From the NCBI GenBank assembly GCA_012295275.1, contig CM022665.1, forward strand, positions 44,888,001 through 44,952,000: 64,000 bases of DNA, written 5' to 3'. Shown here in pieces: positions 1 to 15,311 of the stretch. Within the stretch, counting starts at the first letter, position 1. Each line of letters starts with the position of its first letter. The position numbers and the translations under genes were made by a program. The notes beneath the pieces were generated by a model. The model saw nothing but the letters and a program-made list of their open reading frames with translations, was not told the origin of the DNA and ran no database searches. The stretch comes from Chrysomallon squamiferum. Lineage: Eukaryota > Animalia > Mollusca.

Positions 1-809
1 AGACAAACACAGACAGACAAACACAGACAGACTATACATACACTGTTAATTAAATAATACTTTAATAAATATTTACATAATAATTTTATGTGTATGTGTG
101 TATGTATCTATGTTTGTTTGTATGTATGTACAAGTGCGTGAATGTTTATCTGTGTATGTAGTTGTGTGTATGATGTATGCATGTATGCATGCATGTATAC
201 ATGTTTGTAAGTATGTATGTTTGTATGTGTGTATGTGTGTCTGTACGTGCGCATGTCTCTGTCTTTACCTACTCTCATAATTTAACATTGCTTTTTTTGT
301 TGTTGTTGTTGTTGTTTGTTTGTTGTTGGGTTGTTGTTGTTGTTTTGTATTTTTGTTTGTTGTTTTTATTAATTTTGCTTTATTTTTCTTTCTTTATTAT
401 TACCATATATTTTCAACGAGTATTATATATATTTTTTTACGCTGCCAATAAAACACCTCTTGAAACGGCCTGTTTGACGTAGAGTCTGTTGGAGATCGCG
501 TGCAGTTTGAAAATGGCTGCGATAAAACTTAATCAAGAAATGAATTCTTTCGTGATCAGATGATGTAACTGTTGTCAGGACTGCTGTGACATGTCACAAG
601 TGTCACCAGTATCCGCGTTTTAGATTTAAACGCTTGGCGTTTTTGGTTTCGACCGTAAATTTGTTCAGAGGAACGTTTTTACCCTGCTAAAGTAAGTGGA
701 CGTTTTAACGAGGCACGTGCGTAAAGGGTGACCTAGTTTATCTTTCATTTTAATTTGTGAAAAGTTTAGTAAGCGATTTATTCATTTACTGGCTTGTTTG
801 TTCGTTTGT

Positions 810-858
<49 letters not shown>

Positions 859-1916
859 GAGTTGTTTTTCCTTTCTTTTCTTGTATTTTTTTTTAATTAA
901 ATTTCTTTAAGTTAGTTGTTTTTTCTTTTGTTTTCTTTTCTTGTTTATTTTTTTATTATTATTATTTACTTTTTTTTTAATTAAATTTCTTTTACTTATT
1001 AACTTGTATATCGCATGTTTTTTATCATGATTCAATTTTTAATAATGTAAAAAACTCTTAATGCTGATTTGCAACACTTTACTGAACACTATCCTTATTA
1101 CTGATACTGTAATGGATATTAATGGCGTGTTTACACGAATCGTCATTTCCCCGTGTGGTATGTCGCGGATCTGTTGCCATGGACAACGATTAACGATTAA
1201 AAGCAATTATCTTTCGCTAACACTTTCCACAAAACAAACAAAACAAAAAAAAATAAAAAATAAAAAATAAAAAAAAGATATCTGTTACAGTTATTCATAC
1301 ATCACTTTTTGGTCATCGGCGTTACGGGAAATTAAACTAAATGGTGCAGTAAAGTATCGATCCCGAAGCCCTCTACACTTCATGTAGAGTTTCTTTTAGC
1401 ACGGTTCACCATTTCACGGGTGAGTGACTTTTTTCAGAATTATAAAAAAAAAAAAAAAAAACTACATGAAAGAGAAATTAAAGGCAAATCGATCGGCCAT
1501 ATATGACGTCACAATGACGCAAAAACATTGTGTGACCAAAGGAGCCAAAGGAAAAAAAAAATAAAAATAAAATAAAATAAAAAATTAATAAAAACTGTGG
1601 ACGTAATCTGCTGGAAAAAAATAACGACATTTTTTTTTTTTTTACGCTTAAGAATGGACAGTAATTTCTGCACTGTGGTGTAACTGACTGCTATCGGCAG
1701 GTGGTCGTATCTGTGAGTGCTCGCCAAGCACGGCGCTATGAAAATGAACGTCGATAACAGTCAGATGCGATCTGTCTCGAAGTCACTGAAGTAATCCGAT
1801 TATAACTCGTTTCGAAAAGTTATCAAGTGTGAACGCGTCTTAACGATACCCAGGAAAAGGTTCGATGCGTGCAGCCGTGCGGTGATAAATAACAACAAGA
1901 GCAACAGCTACAACTG

Positions 1917-1962
<46 letters not shown>

Positions 1963-2040
1963 TATCATTATTATTATTATTATTGTTATTATTATTATTA
2001 CTATTATTACTATTATTATTATTATTACTATTATTATTAC

Positions 2041-2076
<36 letters not shown>

Positions 2077-3301
2077 CGTTATTATTATTACTATTATTAT
2101 CGTTATTATTATTATCATTATTATTATTATTATTATTATTATCATTATTATCATTATTATTATTATTATCATTATTATTATTATCATTATTATTATTATT
2201 ATTATCATTATCATCATCATCATTATCATTATCATTATTATCATCATCATTATCATTATTATTATTATTATTATATCTACGACAACAACAACCACAACCA
2301 CCACAACAACAACAACAATAACGAACATCAGGAATAAGAATTATCTGTTTAAGAAACTGTTGGGTGAATAAGTCAAAAGCAAACTGTAAATAACCCTTAA
2401 ACCGCTCTCTGGTTTCTCAATCACATATTGTGTATTGTTGGTGTTGGCTCACTCGATGTCGGTGGCGGTTCGTATTACGTTTGTGGACTGTTGATGACTA
2501 ATTTCCTTTCTGTTGTAAGTGTGAATTATTGATGAAGGACGACTTCGCCGCTCTGATGTTTCATACATCAACGTTCTGTGTGTAATGGTTTGTGCTCGAT
2601 TGTGCGTTATTCTCATTTATATAGAAGTGTGTTTTGTGAACTGTTGATTTATGATTATTATTATTATTATTATTATTATCATCATCATCGACATTACTAC
2701 TGCTTTACTACTACTTCTACCACTACTACTATTACTACTACTACTGCTATTACTACTATTACTATTACTACTATTTCTACTAGTACTACAAAAACTACTA
2801 CTACTATTTGTACTACTACTACTACTACTTCTACTATTTTTACTGTTGTTGTTATTAATGCTATAAAACTCCAACTACTACTACTGTTATTATTATTATT
2901 ATTACTAATATTATCATCATCGTCGTCATCACTGTCATTACTACTACTACAACCATTATTATTCTTATTATCATTATTATTATCATCATCATCATCATCA
3001 TCATCACTAATACGAGTTACAAAATACTACACATATGTATACAGGAATTAACTTACTATAGAATTCCTGCTCTTATTTATTTTATAAATTCAAACAATAA
3101 TAACAATAATAATAATCATTATTATTATTATTACGCACAACTATCTCCACATGCTGTATCTCTCGTCACTGCAAATCATTGCTAATTACTGTTCAGTCTT
3201 CTCCTTTCTAGTCCAGCTAAACGCTGGAAACATGATACCGCGTTCTATTGTTTTGTAGCTGACACACACTCGCTCGGCAAGTGGCTCTTCTGCAGTATGA
3301 T

Positions 3302-3368
<67 letters not shown>

Positions 3369-3867
3369 ACGACTGCTGTTAGCCTCTCCTGCGGTTTGCA
3401 ATAAAGCGAATGCACGTTGATGATGATTTCTAACCACGCGGGTAAAACGATAAATAAACAGATCAGATGGTTTTAAGGATGTTGATGTGTACCGAAAATA
3501 AATATGCTCCTAATATATATTTATATATATATAATCATTGTATGCATGCGTACGTAAAGTTAATGTACTTATGTTCTTGGCTGCATACATATATACGTAC
3601 ATACATACATTCATACAAACATACATACATACGTATAGATACACACATACACATACGTACGTACGCACGTTCATACGTACATACATACATACATACATGC
3701 ATAGATACGTACGTAGATAAACATACATATATATATATATATATATATAAAATTGTATTTGTGAATTGTTGATTTATTATTATTATTATTATCATCATCG
3801 TCATTGTCATTATTACTGCTTTACTACTACTACTACTACCACTACTATGAATATAATATATATATAA

Positions 3868-3908
<41 letters not shown>

Positions 3909-4178
3909 ATACATACATACATATATACATACATACATACACACAAACATAAATATATATACATGTATACAAACACATACACACTTAACTACTTAAATAA
4001 GCACATAGGAACATACTTACACTCATACACATACATACACATACACATACACATACACATACATACACATACACATACATATACACATACACACACGCGC
4101 GCGCAACTAATTTTAACCCTTTAACAAAGATGTCCTAGTTAAAAGCAGTCCTGAATTTCAAACACTCTTGGAATGATA

Positions 4179-4531
4179 AAGGACAAAAGGAAAAACTTGT
4201 GTTTTACGAAAACCTGCCGATCGTAAACCAGAGGTAAAACATTACAGACGGTATTTTCTGTGTGTAACTCCTGTCTGGTAAGCTTAACGGTATCGTTTAC
4301 AAAAGTCGCTCAGTGTGACAGACCCACAAAAGGATACACACAACGCGGGCGACAGTTCGACACAAGACACGCCAACCTGAAATACTGGTTACCAACAGAA
4401 ACGTAAAGGACAAAAAAGAAACTTGTGTTTTGCGAAAACCTGCCGATGTTAAACCAGAGGTAAAACATTACAGAAGGTATTTTCTGTATGTAACTACTGT
4501 CTTGTAAGTTTAACGGTATTGTTTACAAAAG
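4179..4531 (+). repeat. Imperfect ~125-bp direct repeat (about 4179-4304 and 4406-4531)
   Basis: aaggacaaaa..aaacttgtgtttt.cgaaaacctgccgat..taaaccagaggtaaaacattacaga.ggtattttctg..gtttacaaaag occurs twice. Confidence 0.85.
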
Positions 4532-5004
4532 AGAAAAAAATATATATATAATTGCGTACAAGTATATTATTTAAAAAAAAAAAATTAATAACAAAAAGTA
4601 AATTAATTAATAATAAAAAAAATAAAATAACTCAGAAAGAAGGATTTATAAATAAATAAAAAATAAATAAATAAATAAAATAATTAATTAATAAAAAAAT
4701 AAAAAAATAACTCAGAAAGAAGGATTTATAAATAAATAAAAAAAAAATAAATAAATAAATAAATAAAATAATTAAATAATAAAAAAAACTAAAATAACTC
4801 AGAAAGAAGGATTTATAAATAAATAAAAAAAAATAAATAAATAAATAAATTAATTAATAATAATTATAATAAAAAAAATAAAGTAAGTCAGGAAGATTGA
4901 TTCAGATAATATGATGCGATAGCTTGTTTAATAATCCGATTTCAAGAAAACTAAATAAATAAATAAATATGCCTGTTAATAAATAAACGAAAACTATATA
5001 TTGA

Positions 5005-5142
5005 AATGAATAATTTTTGCTTTTTTAAAGTGAAGCTTTAATTGTATTTTATATTTATTTATTAATATATATTGATTAATATATATATATATATATAAAA
5101 TACAATTAAAGCTTCACTTTAAAAAACAAATATTATTCATTT
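5005..5142. repeat. AT-rich inverted repeat (hairpin or MITE-like remnant)
   Basis: ttttttaaagtgaagctttaattgtattttatat pairs with atataaaatacaattaaagcttcactttaaaaaa around an (AT)n centre. Confidence 0.75.
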
Positions 5143-8100
5143 TAGTGAAAGAATTTGTTGCTATTATTATTTTTTTTTTTTTCAGTGTTATATTATTTGC
5201 GTATATTTCATCATAAAAACGTTCTGAAAAAAATATTATCATAACTACTATCATCATCATCATCATCACCATTAGTAGTAGTAGTAGTAGTAGTAGTTCA
5301 TGTATTGCTACTGCTACTACTACTACCGCTACGACTACAATTATTATTATTATTCTACTTACGTATTGTCACACATGCTGTCGATGTAGCAGCTATTGTC
5401 AACAACAGTAATCACACTGAATATGATCCATTATCCACGAGAACAAAGTACACATCCATATCGCGTTTCTAACTGTATCATTTTTTTGGTATCCTTCGTT
5501 CCAACAGTTACAAATTAAATACACAACAAAGAAACAAAAAAAGAGCAGAATTCCACGAAACTTGAATCCTCTCTTTTTTTTTTAAAACTGAGGGTTAAAC
5601 CACTTTTTAAATTCGTTTTTAGTTTTGTTTATAATAATAATAATAATAAAAAATAATAATAATAAATAAATAAATAGTAATAATAATGATAATTTAAAAT
5701 ATATTTATCAACACTCTCTCAGTTCGTAAATATTTAAATAAATCATAAAGAAATAATAAAAATAAAAATATATATATATATCACAACAACGTTAGTTGAG
5801 AAGTACTAGCTGAAACACTGCAAACTTTGCAGACGATATCCGGTTAGCAGTAGGCGCGTAGACTTCGCAAGGCTTTGATTTCCTTCCACTGTCACTTACT
5901 TTTCCCGGCATAATCATCAACATCATCATAATAATAATAATCATCAACGACGTCGTCATCATCGTCGTCGTCGTAGCTACGCCAGCTGAAACGAAACGCG
6001 GTGTTGCTGTAGCGCGTGTGCTATCAACCACAGTCGACTCAGTAGTCAGTCAGTCAGCTCGCTGTCTCTCCCGAGACGCGAAGAGTAAAAACCGCCTTTC
6101 ATTGATTCGCCATACCGATTGACTTGTAGTAGTACACACACACAATTCAACAGTCGAACGAGCGAAGCTGGGCTGGGCGGGGAGGGCAAAGGAACAGCCG
6201 GCTCGCGCGGCCATGTTATCTTAGATAGAAAAAAAAAAAAAAAAAAAAAACTTGCGGCGGGCGGGGACGGGGAGCGGGGGGGTCGGTCGTACGAATTATT
6301 ACCAATAACGTAAAGAGGCGGAGTATTCCGAAACGCCGAAACGGAAATTTCGTATTACTTTTAAGGAAAGAAAGGGGGTGTCGCCTTTTTCCGTCGCGAT
6401 GTAGGTTGAGTATATCGGGTTTTGATAACAAAAAAAAAACCCCAACAAAAACAGGTAAATGGGATTGAATCCTTACCTAAGTGTGTGGGTGGGTGTGGGA
6501 GAGGGGGGAGAGAGGGGGGGAGAGAGAGAGCTAATTTCGAAGAGCGGTTAAATAGACGCCGTTTTCAAACTACATTTCTGTAAAATATAATGCTAGCCGT
6601 TTTTATAATCTACGTAATGCAGACGTATCTGAATTTTCAGTTTGACACTGTTGACTGATTTAGATAACAGATTATCTAGAAATGCTACAGTCATCGGAGT
6701 TTGATTAATTTTTTTTTTTTTTTTATTTTTTTTTTATTATTATTATTATTATTTTTATATATAAATAACAGAACTAATAATGGTCATTATAATGAAAGTA
6801 GATATTTATAGAGTTTGTTTTCGTGATAAGTAATAAAGATATGTCTGATTAATTGATATTTTATGAATGAACTAGTCCAGCTGTTATTACTGATGATGAT
6901 GATGATGATGATTGTTATTATTATTATTATTATTACTGTTGTTGTTGTTGTTGTTGTTGTTATTCCTATTGTCGTTTTTATCAACTGTTACTGTTTTGAT
7001 TCCTTTTGTCATTGTTGTTATAGTTGTTGATGCTGTTGTTTTTGTTGTTCTTGATAGTTGTAGTAGTAGTAGTAGTAGTAATAGTAGTAGTAATAGTAGT
7101 AGTAGTAGTAATAGTTGTAGTATAGTTGTTATTATTCTTATTATTGCTGTTGTTGTTATTAACTGCTACTAATTGTTATTAATTGTTATGGTTATTATTG
7201 TTGTTATAGTTCTTGTTATTAGTATAATTATTATTATTATTATTACAAATATTATTTTATTATTACTAATACTATTATTATTATTATTACTACTGCTATT
7301 ATTATTATTACTATTATTATTATTATTATCACAGCTATTGTTATCAGTACAATACCGATTCAGACGTTTTCGCTTCTTAATCAAACCCTGTTGACTTCGT
7401 TCGCAGTACGTTAGTAAAGTATTCATGTTAACACACCGGAAATCTGTATGACAACTACAACGGCGGTGACCTACATCGGCTGGGAACAGGAAACGTTGCA
7501 GTGAATCGTGACGTTTTTGCACGTGAGCGTGTTAACATCAGATTGCACGAGCACGTGAGGTCCGCCAAGTCAAAGTAGCAGCAAAGTTTAAATTATTTGA
7601 TAACAACAACAGCAATTATATGATCATCAGAGTCTGGAAGAATGTCCACGTGGTGGTAATGATTATGATGATGATAACAAAGATGATGAACATGATGATA
7701 ATGATGATGTTGATGATGATGATACTAATAGTAATAGAAATAATAACAATATAACAGTAATATTAATAATAACAACAACAATAACAACAGTAATAATAAT
7801 AAAAAAGCAACTCTAATAACAATAATAATAATAATAACAAACAATAACAACAACAACAATAACAATAGTAATAATAAAAAAGCAACTCTAATAACAATAA
7901 TAATAACAATAACAAACAATAATAATAACAGCAACAACATTAATATCAACAACGAAAAGGATGAAGAAGAAAACTAAAAGAAGAAGATGATGATCATCAT
8001 CATTATCATCATCACCATCATCACGAAGAGGAATATATAAGAAATAGAAACAGAAGAAATGGACAGACAGACAAAAGCTCAGTTAACCAGAACAAAAAAA

Positions 8101-8923
8101 AGAAAGAAAATGAGTGTAAATTAGAACAGATTTTTCTGACAGTCTAACCAGGAACCCGAATTACAAACCAGGACGGTTATTCAGAAAAACCTTTTCGTAA
8201 ACCAGGACACACATATCTCTCAATTAACGTGAACGACGATACGTCAGTACAACCCGATTACAAATCGGTACAAAGCACATAAAAAAAAAAAACTGAAGTT
8301 GTAAAGAAAACCGTATTCTATTTTAGAAAATAAAATTATGAATCTAGATTATTATTTCAATACGTTAAGAAAACCAGTTTAGAAATACGTACAGGCCAGG
8401 TTTAAATACATTAAGAAAAAAAATAATTTAAAAAATAGATGGTAAATTAGGATATATATTTAAATGTGAGTGTGAGTCTTTTGTACAATAAATAAACGAT
8501 TTCGGAATAAAAAAGTCAGGACAGCACATACCACTGACTTACAATGTCTCCTTGGTGTACTGAATTCCACACAGACGTGTACAGTAAGTGAGACAGTTAA
8601 AACAGAGCGCTTTGCAAAACGTTATTAGTGATGTCCTCGAGTTTCTAGATAACTAACACGATTCACAGATCCAGAATTGTAAAAACAAAACTCACGTATC
8701 TTTGTTATTATTATGACAAACGTAATCACGCTCGCATACGTACACAAATGTACAGTTTAAGTGTTACAGTTACTAGTATTATTACTGTTATTACTATTAT
8801 TATTATTATTATTTATGTTGTTGTTGTTGTCATCGTTTTCATTATTACTATTTACTAAAACAACAGTAATTTTAGTACTACTATTTTCACCAAGGCAACC
8901 TCTACTGCTGTTATACTTTCTAT

Positions 8924-8955
<32 letters not shown>

Positions 8956-8987
8956 ACTACTACTACTACTCTACTACTACTACTACT

Positions 8988-9020
<33 letters not shown>

Positions 9021-9416
9021 ACTACTACTACTACTCTACTACTACTACTACTACTAATGATATAATAATAATAATAATAATAATAGTACTATTACTACTA
9101 CTATAACTACTATTGCTACTACTACAACTACAACTGCTGTTACTACTACTACTAATAATGATGTAATAATAATAGTACTATTACTATTACTACTACTATA
9201 ACTACTATTACTACTATTGCTACTACTAGTACTACCAGTACTTCTGTAATAATTATTACTGTATTACTAGTGTTACTGCTACTACTAATATTAATACTAC
9301 AACAGCTACTGCTTAAACTACTACTACTACTCTATTACTACAACTTCCACGATAATATCGGCCATATAAAGAGAAGTGTGATTTATTTTTGGTAATTGAA
9401 AGATGATAACAAAACC

Positions 9417-9539
<123 letters not shown>

Positions 9540-10233
9540 TAACACACACACATAACATTACAATTATATTATTTCTAATCTGTAATTGCTATTTCTTGTT
9601 CTTCTTTTTTCTTTTAAAATGTATCGTTCTTAGCTATTTGATGTGATCAAATTTCAAAGTTTCTCTGATATTTATCGATTTTCTCTTACAATTTGCATAT
9701 TTTTATATTTTTATTTTTTATTTATTTTTTAAATTATTTATTTTATTTTTTTACAAGGCTCCCTAGAGATATCAGTTCCAAACTATCTTTGCCAGAAATA
9801 ATTGTTTGTAGGCGTTAAAGTCACAATTTATATATATCATGTTAGATATTATTTACTGTTACTTTTACTGCAGAAGCTACCACTGTTAGTACAACTACTG
9901 CAGCTACAACTGCTATTATTACTTGTATTACTGCTGCTAGTAGTACTACTACTACTACGTTTACTAATACTATTATTAATACTAATATTAATAGTACTAC
10001 GATTGCGACTACTACTACTGCAACTACTGCAACTATCACTATTACTATTACTATCATTACTGCTACTACTATTACTACAACTACTACGACTACCACTACT
10101 ACTAGAACTACTAACACTATACCTACTACTACTGCTATTACTACTACTACTACTTGCATTAGTATTACTAATGCTGCTACAAATATTACTAATACAGATA
10201 CTATTACTACTACTAATAATAATTATACTATTA

Positions 10234-10433
10234 NNNNNNNNNNNNNNNNNNNNNNNNNNNNNNNNNNNNNNNNNNNNNNNNNNNNNNNNNNNNNNNNNNN
10301 NNNNNNNNNNNNNNNNNNNNNNNNNNNNNNNNNNNNNNNNNNNNNNNNNNNNNNNNNNNNNNNNNNNNNNNNNNNNNNNNNNNNNNNNNNNNNNNNNNNN
10401 NNNNNNNNNNNNNNNNNNNNNNNNNNNNNNNNN
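10234..10433. other. Assembly gap (200 N)
   Basis: Run of n. Confidence 1.
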
Positions 10434-10849
10434 ATCTCATTGTATGAGCTTGAACTGATTTTTAATATAAATTTAACTTTCATGTCCTAAATTAATAACA
10501 GTAACAATAATCATCATGATCATCATTATATTATGAAGACTCAATTTGTTATGTAGTTTAGATATTGGTTATCAGGAAAATGTTTTCGGCAAAGTCCAAA
10601 AAATGTTCAATTCATTTTGTTATAATCTAATTATTTATAACAAAAATACTGAATTTTAACAAATATTTAACCTATTCAGGTAACTGTTAATAGAAAGCAA
10701 CAGACAATAATTATAAGATGTTTTAAAATATATAGTAATATTATTAGTAGTAATAAAAGAAAACAAAATTAATAAAACAATAAATCAAAAAAAGGTTGTA
10801 AAATCTATTGACAATAAATTCACTAAATAAAAAATACTTTATCTCACAC

Positions 10850-11099
10850 CTGATATCTAAATCCAGTTCTGCCTTCTTCAAATCATTTGTCTGCCTCATC
10901 CAATACAAGCCTCTCAATACTGTAAATAAAAATAATAAAATAATGTAGTAAGTGTTCATTTCAAAACGTAATAAAGTACTGATACATACTCATTTCAAGA
11001 TTTGTCTCTGAACCAGTAAAATTTGGAATAACTATAAACATTAAAATTTATTTAATTGTTTAGTCACAATGTTTCTGTAATAAAGTCATCATTTATTTT

Positions 11100-11146
<47 letters not shown>

Positions 11147-11314
11147 AATAAAATATAATAAAAAGTTACCTGCTGCGATTTACTACTGGAGGAATCTGAA
11201 TCTGTTTTAGTAAGTAAACCAGTCTGTTTGCAGTTGTAACCAATGTATCTGAAAAAAGATAACATATTTTAATGTTATTTTTATAATTATTTTATTTAAT
11301 GAAATGTCTGAAAA

Positions 11315-11372
<58 letters not shown>

Positions 11373-11652
11373 TTTTTATTAATTAATATCCTTGCCAAAC
11401 AATTTTAAAATAAACAAACAAATGCTGAGTTTTTAATTTTAAAAAATATATTTATATCAAATTACTAAGTTATTTAATAAGAAGAAATATTTAAAATCTC
11501 ACAGTTTTACTTTTCATCTTTTGGGCCAAACTTTTTAGTACCTGTACTAGCTTTCTCTATGCAGTGAATCCTGAAACCTTTCTCAGTCTTTTGAGTTCTG
11601 TGGTTGTCTATTAGAAAATAAAAAAGAACCCTCACATGAGAAAATATTGACG

Positions 11653-11706
<54 letters not shown>

Positions 11707-12405
11707 AGAAATTAAAATTAACCAAAATATTACAAAAATGAGATCAAAACACATTCATTTACTTGGAAGCAATCCATGAATTAAATGTGTAAAAAAAAAC
11801 CTGTAAACTGCTGGTGTGATTAATGTTTTTGGGGTTGTTTTTAAAAAAAAAAAAAATTTCTAAATTCATAATATAAAAATATTTAAAACCATTGAAAATA
11901 CATACATGTAACATAACAGGAATGCCCTGCATCTGTATGGGTGTGGGTGTGGAGTAGCCCATGCATGTCACTGCTCTAAACATGGATCTTGTTTACTTTG
12001 CAAAAATAATTAATCTGTAAAAAAAAAAATATTTAGAAATGCGTCAATAAATTGATAAAATAAATAAAAAATAAAAAGTATTTCTTCTCAGTTTAAGAGT
12101 TTTATTATTAAACTTTTAAAATATATTACTATATTTAGTCATCTTAGAAATAAATGTTAGTTTTGAATTTTAAATCATACCTTTTCTTGTTTTAATTCAG
12201 CTAGTGTAGCCCTTGTTTTTATCCTGGTGTTCTTCTTAAGTCTGTTTGGAGTTTACAGACCAAGGTCTCCTCATGAAGTGATGTTACCAAGGAGATGAAG
12301 TTCAGTCTGTTAAGCTTCTTTTTCACTCTCAAAGACTTTGAAAGAGTCTTTTTTCATTTTCATCATATAGTTCACTACTGCTGTCATTGTCATGTAATTC
12401 ATCTG
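10850..12405 (-). pseudogene. DDX52: Spliced DEAD-box RNA helicase DDX52/ROK1-like pseudogene fragment
   Basis: GT-AG bounded exons on the minus strand. ~11906-12015: GYSTPTPIQMQGIPVMLH (Q motif). 11503-11607: GFRIHCIEKASTGTKKFGPK. 11170-11248: DTLVTTANRLVYLLKQ..PP. 10850-10919: IERLVLDEADK*FEEGRTGFRYQ. These follow the order I recall for DDX52 (PTPIQMQAIPVMLH / GFRIH..KKFGPK / DILVTTPNRLIYLLKQDPP / DKLFEDGKTGFRDQ). There is an in-frame TGA at 10883-10885 and no recognisable GSGKT exon. Confidence 0.85.
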
Positions 12406-12895
12406 TAGATAATAAAGTGAAAATAAAATTTGTATCTAAATTAAATATATAATTAAATAACAAAATAAATCAGGAAAGAAAAAAGAAAAAAAGAAAGGAA
12501 GGAAAGAAAAGAAAGAAAAGAAAGAAAGAATATAAAAATAATTATTCATGATATTTTCTCATACATATTAAGTGCAGTCCTTTTTCTCTGTTACTGGATT
12601 ATGAAAAAATATTTGTAAAATTATTCATTGTCATGGAAAATGAAAACTACTAAAGCAAACATAATGGTTTTATTTCACGGAAGGAACAGTATGGACTGAA
12701 CTAAAATGACATCCATATTTATAATACTAAACAAATCTTAAACAAAACTTATTTAGATCATTGTTTTTCACTTTCTTGGATTCCTCTGGTTCCTGTATAT
12801 GCGACTTCTGATTCCTTTCTGTTGTGAGGTCAATATTATGAGTATTTTTAAATAAATCATTTTGTTGTTTTCCTAAAACTGACTCTTCTTAATGT

Positions 12896-12941
<46 letters not shown>

Positions 12942-13278
12942 GTTAATGTCACATCAACGTATTTCATATAAACAGTTAATAATTATATAATTCATGTAAT
13001 AAACGAAAACTTCCTGTGGTCACTCAGTAGTTTACATTATTAATAATAATAAAACAACAAACAACCCTAACTTTACTCATACTAACAGTTCAACAACTTA
13101 ACAAGAAAATGAAGTATAAAGTTGGTGCTTGATGTGTTAATGAATTATTTTGCGACAGAATTATTTATTTATTTGTATTATTTCTATAAACAATGCTTTT
13201 ATAAAGTTAATACCTTTAACCATTCCGCTTAAACATTATGGAAGCAATTAAAGTTAAATTTATCTCCAAAAACTAACT

Positions 13279-13316
<38 letters not shown>

Positions 13317-13969
13317 CACTTTTATATTCACTGACTTCACGTTTGCGTTATAAAAAAACGTTATATATAGTGTTTCTATCCGGAAATGAAAAATGTGTTC
13401 TAGAGTTGTTTCCCTTCAGCATTTAGTTCTGCTGTTTTTTGATCGCACATCGAAGGGCAGAATGTAAGACTTCAATATCTTTTAACTACGGACTTTTTGG
13501 ATTGGGTAATGCTAATTTTACGTCACGCTAAATCGGATCTGTTGACAGTTTAATTTTTAAATCGATCTTACAATATCTATTTTTGGACCTGGGTTCTTTT
13601 ATTCGAATTATTGTCATTTCTCCAATAAGTCACATTAACTTAAGTGAAATGTCATCAGAATATTTGAAATTGCTAATATTTTCAGTCATTTTTGGGAAAA
13701 GAGTTCCGAATATTCCAACATTACTATTAATCGATTTAAACACTCATCTTTTGATGGGGTTTATATAGAAAAGAGGGGCTTCGTCTTTAGTGGGCGGACT
13801 ACAACGAAACAAAGAATTTTTTTTCTCTCGTTTTATTTTTTTTAATTTTTTGTCTTTTTAAATGACAGGCTTGTCCTTTTTTTAAATTCAATATCTTCAA
13901 ATGTTATGAATATTTAAACAGAAACTCGGAATTATGAGTGAAATGAAGTTCAGTTTTTTAGTTTGATAA

Positions 13970-14790
13970 ATAAAAACAAACAAGAGAAATAAAAAGTTTC
14001 ATTGTATTTCATTTCTTATTTACAAAACAATTATATATAATCAAAAATCTAGTATATACACATATTTACAGGTTTTATTTTCTTACAATAACAAAAGAAG
14101 TTTAATTTTATTTCATTTATTATTTACAAAACAATTCAATTTAATCAAAAACTAGTATGTACACATATTTACATTTTTTTTTTTAAAAACTAATAAAAAG
14201 TTTTCTTTTACACTAATAAAAGTTTAATTGTATTTCATTTGTTATTTACAAAGAAATTAAAGTTAATCAAAAAACTAGTATATACACATATTTACAGGGT
14301 TTTTTTCCTACAATAATAAAAAGTTTCATTGTATTTCATTTGTTATTTACAAAACAATTATATTTAATCAAAAAACTAGTATATACACATATTTACAGCG
14401 TTTTTTTCCTACAATAATAAAAAGTTTAACTATTTCATTTGTTATTTACAAAACAATTAAAGTTAATAAAAAATCTAGCATGTACACATATTTACATTTT
14501 TTTTCCTACAATAATAAAAAGTTTAACTATTTCATTTGTTATTTACAAAACAATTAAAATTAATCAAAAAACTAGTATGCACACATATTTACATTTTAAA
14601 AAAAACTAATACAAAATTTAATTGTATTTGATTTGTTATTTACAAACCAATTATATTTAATGGTTTAATTTTTTTTTTACAATGGATTTTTTTTTTTTTT
14701 TCTGTTTTTTTTTCTTTTTTCAATAATAAGAAATTTAATTACATTTCATTTGTTATTTACAAAAAAATAAATTCAATCAAAAAACTGTAA
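13970..14790. repeat. AT-rich ~80-bp tandem minisatellite
   Basis: Unit approximately aaaagtttaattgtatttcatttgttatttacaaaacaattatatttaatcaaaaaactagtatgtacacatatttaca. Confidence 0.9.
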
Positions 14791-14794
14791 GGTA

Positions 14795-15227
14795 TAACCA
14801 TTCCTGTCCTTTTTCTTGTTCTGGTTTCCTTAGTGGTCTGTAAAACAAATGAATGAATATTTAAGCCCAATCCAGTGATAATGAAGTTATTAGGTGACAC
14901 ACATTTGTATAATAAAGTGATCAAAGTAAATGTATTGATTTTATCTAATAATTATATATGAGTAGATATCTTGTTTTTATATACTAATTGTATTTCTGTT
15001 ATCAGTTGCATGTATGGTATTTGTTTTTGGTTCAGTTGTTTGTAAAGAAAATACTGGATGGATGATTAGAAGAATGAATGATTTAGAAAATATGTAATTT
15101 TTCTTTTCTTGATACATACACAGGCAAAAAACACGAAATAGCTGTTGCAGTGGTGTGGACTTAATTTTTTGGTCAGGATGAAACCTGCAAAATACCAATA
15201 AAGATAAACCATATGTTTTGAAGGGAA

Positions 15228-15272
<45 letters not shown>

Positions 15273-15276
15273 GAAA

Positions 15277-15311
<35 letters not shown>

